The position numbers and the translations under genes are program-made. The notes below the pieces were generated by a model. It was given only the letters and a program-made list of their open reading frames with translations. It did no database searches and was not told where the DNA came from. A stretch of DNA of 64,000 bases from a virus. Of the stretch, positions 42,417 to 51,218 are shown in pieces. The stretch lies in IMG/VR virus record IMGVR_UViG_3300028283_000005, positions 2,863-66,862 of that record, one strand, 5' to 3'. Each line of letters begins with the position of its first letter. Position 1 is the first letter of the stretch.

Positions 42417-43580
42417 TTAAGTTAAGACAGTTGTGGTAGTTGTGGTTGTAGTAATACAAGCACCACTTTCATCAACAGGAGCACCAAGTGCAGCAGTGAG
42501 GATAGCAGAAACTGCCGTAGCTTCAGTACTAGATTTCTGAACAGCAATAATCACCATATTATCTTCAGGAACATAATCGCCCCAATTCTGGAGAGCTTTA
42601 TCATATTCATTGAATTTAATATAATAGGTGTCATAGGTAGTTCCATCAGTAACCCAACTTTCGTAGTTACCATTGTATCCCATCATCCTATACAGATGTT
42701 TCAGATATCCAGCCTGATAGCTGTAATAATTCTTCTCCATCTGTTTGATTTCCTCAGAGGTACCTTTTGTATAATTAGAGTTCTGAGTAGTAGTGGATAC
42801 AGCAACGATGTTGCAAGCATCACTAACAATGAAATCAGCAGTTGTAGCAGGTCCACTATAAACAAATGTCCTGAACCACATCCTGTCATATTCATATGGG
42901 AAGGCAGAAACATCACAAGGCTGACCATATTTAGTCAGTGCTTTGCCCTGAATTTCCAGAATAGTTCCATTAACATTGCTGAAGGTAAAGAAATCTGATA
43001 AGGTAATGTTGTCAGAATTACTTCCTGTCTGACCAGAAGGTAAAAGGAAATTAGGAGCAGTTGCTTCCAGCTTTACAATGAAAGCATCAATAAGATCATC
43101 TACATCAACTGTGTCACAAGGGCTGTCTCCACAATCACAACAAGGAGCAACGACAGTTACACTACGAGTGAAACCATTGAAATAAAGAGTATCAAGATAA
43201 CTTGAATGAGCACGGATGGTTAATGTGACAACATCGCCACATTTAACATCCCAACTACCAATGTCGATTATCTGATTGATAGGTGTAGGGCAACCTGTTA
43301 CTTTGTAAAACTCAGTAACATTGCTTTTGCAATTAGCTGTAGGACAACCTTTGATTTTGTCCGAGCGTTTACTGCCCTGTAAATAGGTGTTTGTCCTACC
43401 TTGAGCAACATAGAAATAATCACCAGCCTGAATCGTAGGACTGGTTGCGTTTGTTACAGCAGCATAAGCTTGATTAAAAAATCCAACTTGACCAGCTGTG
43501 AGGTCCTGTGTAGAATTGGCACTGGCGATTGGTACGCCAACCGGCACTACAAACAGAGTAGTCAATGAAAAATCAGCCAT
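42417..43580 (-). CDS. Abundant structural protein (auxiliary capsid-like) with a C-terminal Thr tail
   Basis: 387 aa; SKRSDKI; followed by a strong terminator; 5'UTR resembles that of the MCP; ends CITTTTTTTTVLT. Confidence 0.55.
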   Translation of the reverse strand: MADFSLTTLFVVPVGVPIASANSTQDLTAGQVGFFNQAYAAVTNATSPTIQAGDYFYVAQGRTNTYLQGSKRSDKIKGCPTANCKSNVTEFYKVTGCPTPINQIIDIGSWDVKCGDVVTLTIRAHSSYLDTLYFNGFTRSVTVVAPCCDCGDSPCDTVDVDDLIDAFIVKLEATAPNFLLPSGQTGSNSDNITLSDFFTFSNVNGTILEIQGKALTKYGQPCDVSAFPYEYDRMWFRTFVYSGPATTADFIVSDACNIVAVSTTTQNSNYTKGTSEEIKQMEKNYYSYQAGYLKHLYRMMGYNGNYESWVTDGTTYDTYYIKFNEYDKALQNWGDYVPEDNMVIIAVQKSSTEATAVSAILTAALGAPVDESGACITTTTTTTTVLT

Positions 43581-43610
43581 TTGTTTAAGTATTAAGGGTT
43601 AGTATTAAAT

Positions 43611-44342
43611 TTATTCACTTTTTTGTATTCTACTTTGAGCTGTACTCATTGCTCCAGCATTTTCAGTATATCCTGCGATGTCCTGTACTGTTAGATCAAC
43701 AAGTTCATCCTCCAAGTAATTCTTTAATTCACAATTTTCATTAACGGAATTAGTTCCATCCAATTTTACATATCCCTCTTTATCAATGTATTTGGGATAA
43801 CGAATATAGGATAGATAGAGTTTTATAGGTGTAAAGGTTCCGTCTGTAAAGATAGCAATTTCATCTGAAGAAATATAACTACATGTTTCTTGATATTCAA
43901 ATGATGGTTTATAATGAACATTGTTCAAAACAAACTGAAGATCACCATGACTTAGTAAATCTCTATTTATCCATATCTTTCTGTTTTTGCATTTCCCTTT
44001 ATCAGCAAGAATATATGCATCAACATAGAACATGTATGCAGGAGAAACTCCCAATAGGGAAGCTGTCCATTTATTTAATTCTTTGTTTACAAGAGCAAGA
44101 GTAAGAGGATGATCTTCAAAAGACTCTATGAGCTTCTGAAGATCTTCGTATCTCTTTCTGGTTGAATCCATTCCAGTTCCCAGAGGAGTGGTAGGACCAT
44201 CAACCTTTTGTTTAATTAGTTTGAGCTGTGCCTCATTCAAGGATAATATCTTATCCTCTAATTGAATCTGCTGATGTTCATTAGTAGATAGCTTATTTAG
44301 TTTTTGATCTATTTTGTATAATAAACTATCTACAGGAATCAT
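43611..44342 (-). CDS. Head-tail ring/structural protein
   Basis: 243 aa; LNEAQ..KQK, KRYEDLQKLI, YLSYIRYP, ELVDLTV. Confidence 0.6.
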   Translation of the reverse strand: MIPVDSLLYKIDQKLNKLSTNEHQQIQLEDKILSLNEAQLKLIKQKVDGPTTPLGTGMDSTRKRYEDLQKLIESFEDHPLTLALVNKELNKWTASLLGVSPAYMFYVDAYILADKGKCKNRKIWINRDLLSHGDLQFVLNNVHYKPSFEYQETCSYISSDEIAIFTDGTFTPIKLYLSYIRYPKYIDKEGYVKLDGTNSVNENCELKNYLEDELVDLTVQDIAGYTENAGAMSTAQSRIQKSE

Positions 44343-45307
44343 ATGGCAGCTATTTTTTTCAGTTTGATTTTACCTTCCAGTGTAATAAGATCGTCTTGGT
44401 GATCATCATCTGAAAGATATTTTACAAGTTCGTCTTCATCTGCAGCAATTTCAAACTCTCCTTCATATATCTTACCATTAGGTTTTGCCCTATATATGGA
44501 AAATTGAATTGCCTGTTTTACTAAGTCTTTTATATGAAGTAGGTTTTCTTTCATATCAGCAAATCGGTTGAACACCTCGACAGTTGATAAACCTTGATAG
44601 CTTCCGGATTTGAATTCATGTTGTTTAAGAATATTATCCACCTGATTGTATACTGATTCCTCAGTAGTAGAATCTGTAACAGGAAGCCCCAAGAGCCTTG
44701 CTACTTTCTTCTTTTTATCAGGAGTCATGCTGTCGAATTTAGAGATTGCTTTATTGATAAGTACTTTTTTCTTAAATACTACCATATTCTCAATATCATC
44801 ATCAACAACATAAAACTGAGTTTCAGCAGGATAATCCCCTCTTTCCCATGCCTGATAACTACTGGCAATCGTGGGATGTACCCTTAACCAAGAAAAGGCA
44901 AGTTCCTGAAAAGGAATACTAGTATCAAAATAGTTATCTCCATCTGTTAGTTTTACAGGCTGAACATGAAGAGCATCATCTGTTGATGTAGAAAGACTGT
45001 GATTCCAGAAAGGTGAACGGATACCAAGATCAATTCCACCAAGAGCTTCTTCTAATTTTTGTTTTAGCTTACTGACTCTCTCTTGTTCAATTTCTCTTTC
45101 AGTGGGATCTTGTATTCGTTTAATGTAGGAAGCATCTTTATCAAGTCCTGTCCTATATTTTCCATCCATTTCCTTGTAAGGATATTTGAATACCCCTGTT
45201 CCGGGAATACGTGTTAGTCCTTTTTGTACTAAGCTTCCTTGCATTGTTTGTAATCCACTAACTGAATAATCTTTCTTAATAGTGGAAATCTTGCCAATTT
45301 TACTCAT
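44339..45307 (-). CDS. Conserved crAss-like protein downstream of the MCP
   Basis: 322 aa; YRTGLD, HPTIA; conserved position after the MCP. Confidence 0.55.
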   Translation of the reverse strand: MSKIGKISTIKKDYSVSGLQTMQGSLVQKGLTRIPGTGVFKYPYKEMDGKYRTGLDKDASYIKRIQDPTEREIEQERVSKLKQKLEEALGGIDLGIRSPFWNHSLSTSTDDALHVQPVKLTDGDNYFDTSIPFQELAFSWLRVHPTIASSYQAWERGDYPAETQFYVVDDDIENMVVFKKKVLINKAISKFDSMTPDKKKKVARLLGLPVTDSTTEESVYNQVDNILKQHEFKSGSYQGLSTVEVFNRFADMKENLLHIKDLVKQAIQFSIYRAKPNGKIYEGEFEIAADEDELVKYLSDDDHQDDLITLEGKIKLKKIAAI

Positions 45308-45338
45308 ATAAAATGTAGTTTAATTAAGTTTCAAATTC

Positions 45339-45377
45339 AAAAAAGAAGGCCCCCTCATTATTCCGAGGGAGCTTTCT
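45339..45377 (-). terminator. Rho-independent terminator after the MCP
   Basis: Minus strand AGAAAGCTCCCTCGGAATAATGAGGGGGCCTTCT followed by TTTTT. Confidence 0.8.
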
Positions 45378-45385
45378 CAATAGTT

Positions 45386-46939
45386 CTAAAATTGTGGGAT
45401 TTCCTCAATTAAGACTGTCCTAGACAGATCTTCAATAAAGACATCACAACGGTCTTTCATCCAGAGTTCATATCCCGGGAATTTATTTGCTGAACTCATT
45501 CCCTGTGATTTTGCAAAACCAAGGTGATGAGCAGTCCCATCAATATAACCCCAAGTCATTGAAGGAGCACCTTCCATCCTGACCTCACGAATATTGTTCA
45601 CCATAGAACCATCACTCATTGGAGAGACATCGAATACCATGAACACAGGAGTAGATTTCTTGTTCTGACCAAACTCAAGATTGCTCTGCGGCAGATCAAG
45701 TTCTTTCAGGTGAATAAGTTCAACCCTTCCGGTTTCACGAGTAACCATTGCATCGAATGCAAAGTTATAAGTGATATGCTGACCTTCTCCCTGTAAGTAA
45801 CGATTGCCACTATCTGCCATAAAAGTGAGGCCAGAATTAAGAGCATCGTTTTTAAGAGCCTGCTGGAATACATCAAATCCTGCTTCATTGGTGTACATTT
45901 TTACATGACGATCTTTTACATCAACACGCCTGTAGAAGAGATCTCCAAAGACAGAACGAATGAGATTTGCAGAGAACTCTCCACGATTGTATTGAACAAG
46001 ATTTCCATTCATACGCATCCTGTGATATACACCAGCAGATACACGTTTCAGTTCCTGTTTGCTACCACCTGTTTTTACAGTTCCTGGCTTACTCCAAATC
46101 ATACGCTTAACTTTCAGTTCAAGCATAGATTTACGCATCCAGAATTCAATAAAAGGTTCCCATTTAATATCATTGCGAGTAAGAGGAAGCTGGTTTCTAC
46201 GCTGAGGAGCATAAACCAAAATGTCAAGGGCTTTCCCTGAGGAATCCTTCATCATCTTTTCATCAGCCCATTGGGTAATTTTATGTTCATATCCATATGC
46301 TGAACCGAGAGATTCAAACATTTGGATTTTTTCACCCAAACGAGGAAGACCAAGTAAATCCTGATCGAATTCACCAATCACTCCATCTATGAGTTCGAGT
46401 TCCAAACCTATCTGAAGGAAGGTGGAACTTACATAATCAATGATAGGATTGTCACTTACCAGAGTAAAGTTGTAGAGATAGCCCATATTATATGGCATGG
46501 GGTCTTTGGTAACATACCAGCGAGGACCATACTGACGAGATCCCACAGATATAATTGCATTCTTGGAGAATTCGTTAGTGTCAATAACTACCTGAAATTC
46601 CTGACCATCAATACCCGGCTTTGGTAAATTCAATGTAGAAGCAGGAATGTCGATGATTTTTGGAAATTTGTAAGGAACCTGTACTTCCCATTTCCATGCA
46701 TCACTGTTGTTGGTGATGTAGAATGGGGTAGATTTGTTGATCATGTCAAGGAAGTCATTGCTATAGAGCGAACTCTGCGTGTACAGACTGATGATTTTCT
46801 TATCATAATCTGCAGGTTCAGTTCTGTGAAATGATTCCAAATGATTTGCGTCTGTGAGTTTACCTACTGCTCGCTTGTCCATAGAGGCAACACGAGAATA
46901 GACAAAACCAGTTAAACCGGGAATTGTTTGAATAGCCAT
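45386..46939 (-). CDS. Major capsid protein (crAss-like HK97 fold)
   Basis: 517 aa; follows portal and acidic scaffold gene; WKWEVQ, MYTNEAGFDVFQQA, YNFAF; followed by a strong terminator. Confidence 0.85.
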   Translation of the reverse strand: MAIQTIPGLTGFVYSRVASMDKRAVGKLTDANHLESFHRTEPADYDKKIISLYTQSSLYSNDFLDMINKSTPFYITNNSDAWKWEVQVPYKFPKIIDIPASTLNLPKPGIDGQEFQVVIDTNEFSKNAIISVGSRQYGPRWYVTKDPMPYNMGYLYNFTLVSDNPIIDYVSSTFLQIGLELELIDGVIGEFDQDLLGLPRLGEKIQMFESLGSAYGYEHKITQWADEKMMKDSSGKALDILVYAPQRRNQLPLTRNDIKWEPFIEFWMRKSMLELKVKRMIWSKPGTVKTGGSKQELKRVSAGVYHRMRMNGNLVQYNRGEFSANLIRSVFGDLFYRRVDVKDRHVKMYTNEAGFDVFQQALKNDALNSGLTFMADSGNRYLQGEGQHITYNFAFDAMVTRETGRVELIHLKELDLPQSNLEFGQNKKSTPVFMVFDVSPMSDGSMVNNIREVRMEGAPSMTWGYIDGTAHHLGFAKSQGMSSANKFPGYELWMKDRCDVFIEDLSRTVLIEEIPQF

Positions 46940-46970
46940 TTTGTTTAGTGTTTAAGGTTAATTTTTATTG

Positions 46971-48212
46971 TTAGATAAACCATGAGTGAGTTTTTTGTGA
47001 TCCACTTGCTCCACCTGCTTTGTTTTTAATCACTTGCTTTGCAGTTTCGCTAAATATCTGATCAGTCTTTTTTGTGATAGCAGACTTTTGAATGACAGAT
47101 AACGTGGGATCCTTTTCCATTATTTTTAAGAGAAGTCCAAGTTTAACCTTATTCACATGATTTTCAGGACGCTTTAACTCCAAAATAGCACGATCAAAAT
47201 CAGTGAGGGTTTCTCCGGAAGCCGTCTTCCATTTATCCACCAACAAAAAGTCTTGTAGTTCACCTGCTAGTTTGGGGTTGATCGGTATTCCATCAAACTC
47301 CTTACTTTTTATCTTTTCCTGCAGAATAGTCTGCACATTATTTATATACTGAGTCTTGATTAGGTTCTTTTGCTTTAAGTCTACTTCAGCTTTCTGTTCA
47401 AGTTGTTGAAGTTTAATTGCTTCTTTCTTCACAAGTACTTTGTGATGCTTTGCAGCAACTGTTTCAAGATCTCCGTAGTTCCTAAGTCTTTCTACTTCTG
47501 TATTAACATCTTCAGGCTCAAGTCCCTGATCTGTAAGAGCCTGACGAACAACAGTTTCCTGATTTTGTTCTTTTGTCATATCCATCTGAGCATAGTCTAC
47601 GGCAGCACTGTATGCTGCAAAGTACTCTTTTGGATTTGCTCCTTTTACATATATGGCATCAAATGCATTCTGATAGTCCTCACCAAATTGTCCAATGAAA
47701 TTATGAAGTGCTTCTGTAGCTCCTTTTTTCTTTTCAGTTTGAAACTTTTCAAGAAACTCTTCAGCGGAAGTAATTTTTTCATCATCTTCATTCTCATCAT
47801 CCTTTGTAAATATACCAAGTTTGTAGAGGTCATTTGCAAGAGCGTTGAATTGAGAAGGCATTTCTACTTGTTCTTCTTCTGTCCCCTCTTTCTTTTCAGT
47901 TTTATTTTGAACAATCTTCTCATCTTTTTCTTCATCCTCATTTTCTTCAAGAAAATTAGAAATTAGATTCTGATTGGTCTCTTTTTCTTCAGTTGTTTCT
48001 TCTTTGGAATCCCCACCTTTCTTTTCAATTTTCTTCTCTGTCTTTGGAGGTTTTTCATCTTTCTTTTCCTCGATAACAGGTTGAAGATCATCTGCATTAC
48101 CAGACACTAATTCAGGTGTCATTAAATCTTTAATGAGTTCAGTGTTACCTACACCCATATCCATTGTTTCTTCAATGCTGAAGGATGGACGATCATTATT
48201 AATATCAGCCAT
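46971..48212 (-). CDS. Acidic scaffold-like protein
   Basis: 413 aa; D/E/K-rich disordered N-terminus and helical C-terminus; between portal and MCP. Confidence 0.6.
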   Translation of the reverse strand: MADINNDRPSFSIEETMDMGVGNTELIKDLMTPELVSGNADDLQPVIEEKKDEKPPKTEKKIEKKGGDSKEETTEEKETNQNLISNFLEENEDEEKDEKIVQNKTEKKEGTEEEQVEMPSQFNALANDLYKLGIFTKDDENEDDEKITSAEEFLEKFQTEKKKGATEALHNFIGQFGEDYQNAFDAIYVKGANPKEYFAAYSAAVDYAQMDMTKEQNQETVVRQALTDQGLEPEDVNTEVERLRNYGDLETVAAKHHKVLVKKEAIKLQQLEQKAEVDLKQKNLIKTQYINNVQTILQEKIKSKEFDGIPINPKLAGELQDFLLVDKWKTASGETLTDFDRAILELKRPENHVNKVKLGLLLKIMEKDPTLSVIQKSAITKKTDQIFSETAKQVIKNKAGGASGSQKTHSWFI

Positions 48213-48314
48213 ATGTAGTTATTTATACCAGTTTGTAATGTAAAATTATAATAAAATTAATTAAAAAAAACATATTTAATGATAAATCACTCTACTTTTG
48301 TGCGTAATATAGCA

Positions 48315-50909
48315 TTACTTACTTTTCTTATTGCTTCTACCTTTAGCATTCTCACGAGCTACAGCCAAATCATTTGCCATATTAAGTCTTTCATTCTTAA
48401 GTTTTTCCTTATCAATCTCAATCTTTTGCATACTTAATTTCATCTTGGCACTAATGTCTGCCATTTTAGCAATATGATCTCTTGTAGCATTTGTCTCTTC
48501 AGCAGCAAGTCTGCTCATCTCAAGAACATCAGGAACATTATTCTGATTGGTATCTTCGCTTTCCACCTTGCCAAATCCAGTGGCTTGAATGATAGCTATC
48601 TCTTTCCTGTTAATCCTGTCAAGTTCTTTCTCATAATTATCATTTTCCATCTTCTGTTGGGCAAGATTTTGATTTTGCTCCAAAGTAGCCTGTGCCTGCT
48701 GTTGCTGTTGCTCAAGTTGTTGTTGCTGCTGTTGCTGTGCCTCTTGCTGTTGCTGTATCATTCTATCTCTGAGATCCTTAAAAGTTTTCTTCATCTCCCT
48801 GATAGATTTAGTAGAATAGAGCTCTATAACATCATAGAGAGTTCCGCCATTCTGAATAATAGCCTGTGAGAGTTGTCTGAGTTCATTAAACATTTGTGTA
48901 TCTTCAGGACGATTTGTTGGAAACACCTTGAGATCACGAAATTTAATATCGGTTCCATTGACACTGATGAATGCGTTCTCCCCTTCATCTGTTACATAAG
49001 AAATTGTTGATTCAGGTTTTGAACTTTCTATATACTGGGCTGCGTCAATAATTGCCTGATATAGTTGCCCAAGAACATACTCGTGAGCTACGAAGAGAGG
49101 CTCTGTCTGTGAATAACTCTGTTGAACTGCGGTGTTGGTACCTGTAGCACTTTCACTTGCACTGACTGAGCCTAAGCGCTGTTTAGAGAGACCAACGAGT
49201 TCCCAGCACTCATTCTTCATTTGTTGGGCTAATGTATAACGTGATTGGATTTCTTGTGTTCTTGTAAGATCAATATCACGGAATTGATTAAATCCACTGG
49301 GACTCTTAAGATTTTCAGGGGAGTCATCAACGAATACTACACCTCTGTTTCTTGCTTCCATTTCCCATATGTCGAGAGCATCTTGAGCATCTCCATCCTT
49401 AGGCACAGGGATGTGTCTGATAGAGGTTAGATACACCTTTCCTATTTCCTTCTCAAGGAGTTTGAAAAGTTGGTTCATACATACATTATATATTACCTGA
49501 AAAGGCTTCATCAAATCTACTGTAGAACGAGCCTCTGTGTTTTTCACCTCATGAACTGTTCCTATAATAGGAGAATAGTTCAATAGGTTGAAAGGTTTAA
49601 CATGATAAATATCAGGACCAATTTTTGTTCCCTGATACCATTGATTGATCCATCCCCATTCTAAACTAATTTCTGTAGGAATGGTTCCCTTTTTATAACT
49701 CTCATCAACACGCATTGATTGTCCATTTCCTAATTCATCTTCATATATGAGTTTTCCTATTTTCTTTTTGGAAATCCAATAGGCTCTCACCACCACATAT
49801 TTATATCCGAAGGAAGAGACATTTGATGTGAGCCCTAAGAAGTCTTTAAGAGTATCTGAATTCTCTTTCATTTCAGATTCAATAAGCATTCTTGTCTGGA
49901 GAACAAGAGGATCAAAAGTGTCATATTGTACAGAGTCTATTCCCGGGGCAACATTAGGATTTCCAAGATTAGATTCCCTGACATTGATAAGTCCATAATC
50001 CTGAAGACTACTCCTGAGATGATCTATCTCATCCTTTGTTATATCTGGAAGGGTTTCTATAATTTCTGAAAGCTCCATCACATTTACCATTCCTGTAGCA
50101 TATGCTCCCTGTGATCTGCCTGAAGGATCACTTATATATTTCCTATCTGGAGTTGTAAGAAACCACGTATTTTTTGGATTTGCCACTTCTACATTGAATC
50201 CTAATTTTGAGTTATCTTCATACAAGTGATAAAACTCCCTAGATGAGATATTAAGATCTCTGAATGCATCCTCGCTCTTTTCTTTTATATTGAACTCCAC
50301 TTTCTGACAAGTGAGAATATGATTTGCCCATTTCTCAGCTACAGAAGTGTAGCTATCAATCTGATCCTTCACTTCTTCAAATGCCATCTTTTGTAGTTCT
50401 TCTTCTTCTACTTTCACTCCTTGTCTGGCAGCCTTTGTAAGAATTTGATTCTTGGCTTCATTTAAAACATACTCCTGAAGAATATCCGTTTTAAACTGAA
50501 GTTCCTCAGAACGACTATCATCATCAAATCCTTTCGCTCTATAAGTGTCAGGTCTCTTGCTTATCTCTCCCACCAGTTCATTAATAGGTGTGGTCATGAT
50601 GGAATAATGCTGTACATATTTGGGAAGCTCCAAATCCTTTTCAAGAATCTCAGAGAAGCTCTTCACCTCTGGTTCCTGATAGAAATCCTCTGCATGAAGA
50701 ATACCCTTTATTAAATCATAGTTTTTTACAAAACCTGTACGAGGGTCTCTATTCTTCTGATATTCAGAATAAGCCTTATTAGAAAAGTAGTCCATAGTGT
50801 TCTTCACCCAAGACTCATCCTGTTTTTCTTTCTCAGTTTTAAACTGATCGGGGAAGATGTTAAGGTAAGAATATCTGATCGTTGCGTCTTTTGTATATCG
50901 AATTATCAT
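48315..50909 (-). CDS. Portal protein
   Basis: 864 aa; PINELVGE, WINQWYQGTKIG..IY, VDLMKPFQVIYN, GLSKQRLG; poly-Q coiled C-terminus. Confidence 0.88.
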   Translation of the reverse strand: MIIRYTKDATIRYSYLNIFPDQFKTEKEKQDESWVKNTMDYFSNKAYSEYQKNRDPRTGFVKNYDLIKGILHAEDFYQEPEVKSFSEILEKDLELPKYVQHYSIMTTPINELVGEISKRPDTYRAKGFDDDSRSEELQFKTDILQEYVLNEAKNQILTKAARQGVKVEEEELQKMAFEEVKDQIDSYTSVAEKWANHILTCQKVEFNIKEKSEDAFRDLNISSREFYHLYEDNSKLGFNVEVANPKNTWFLTTPDRKYISDPSGRSQGAYATGMVNVMELSEIIETLPDITKDEIDHLRSSLQDYGLINVRESNLGNPNVAPGIDSVQYDTFDPLVLQTRMLIESEMKENSDTLKDFLGLTSNVSSFGYKYVVVRAYWISKKKIGKLIYEDELGNGQSMRVDESYKKGTIPTEISLEWGWINQWYQGTKIGPDIYHVKPFNLLNYSPIIGTVHEVKNTEARSTVDLMKPFQVIYNVCMNQLFKLLEKEIGKVYLTSIRHIPVPKDGDAQDALDIWEMEARNRGVVFVDDSPENLKSPSGFNQFRDIDLTRTQEIQSRYTLAQQMKNECWELVGLSKQRLGSVSASESATGTNTAVQQSYSQTEPLFVAHEYVLGQLYQAIIDAAQYIESSKPESTISYVTDEGENAFISVNGTDIKFRDLKVFPTNRPEDTQMFNELRQLSQAIIQNGGTLYDVIELYSTKSIREMKKTFKDLRDRMIQQQQEAQQQQQQQLEQQQQQAQATLEQNQNLAQQKMENDNYEKELDRINRKEIAIIQATGFGKVESEDTNQNNVPDVLEMSRLAAEETNATRDHIAKMADISAKMKLSMQKIEIDKEKLKNERLNMANDLAVARENAKGRSNKKSK

Positions 50910-50920
50910 GACTTTATTTT

Positions 50921-51208
50921 TTAAAGAGAAGTGGATTCATGTTTATACTTTCCATAGAGTCTCCAACATTCATTATAATTATTATATAGGAGTTCTCTTA
51001 ATTTTTTAGACTCTTCTTTTTGGGTATTTAATTGTATTGTTAAATCATCTACAAGAAAATCACTATCTAAGATTTGTCGTTTAATATTTTCTATTCTAAT
51101 AAAATAGTCAAACTCAGTAGGGGAATCGTCTAAAAAAGAATTTACTATTATACAAGCATCTTCTGAAGGACATTCAGGAGGTTCTATTATTTTAAGATCG
51201 TCTTTCAT
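50921..51208 (-). CDS. Hypothetical protein between TerL and portal
   Basis: 95-aa AT-rich ORF filling the gap. Confidence 0.55.
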   Translation of the reverse strand: MKDDLKIIEPPECPSEDACIIVNSFLDDSPTEFDYFIRIENIKRQILDSDFLVDDLTIQLNTQKEESKKLRELLYNNYNECWRLYGKYKHESTSL

Positions 51209-51218
51209 AATGTTACTA

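Noticed and set aside
47403-47966. 187-aa Phe/Leu-rich plus-strand ORF and similar antisense ORFs across 0.8-54 kb
   Set aside because: Antisense to long Lys/Glu-rich genes; no motifs or start context
48241-48275. Promoter upstream of the scaffold-like gene (TAATTTTA)
   Set aside because: Weak -7 match and no clear -33 in very AT-rich DNA; not listed as a feature
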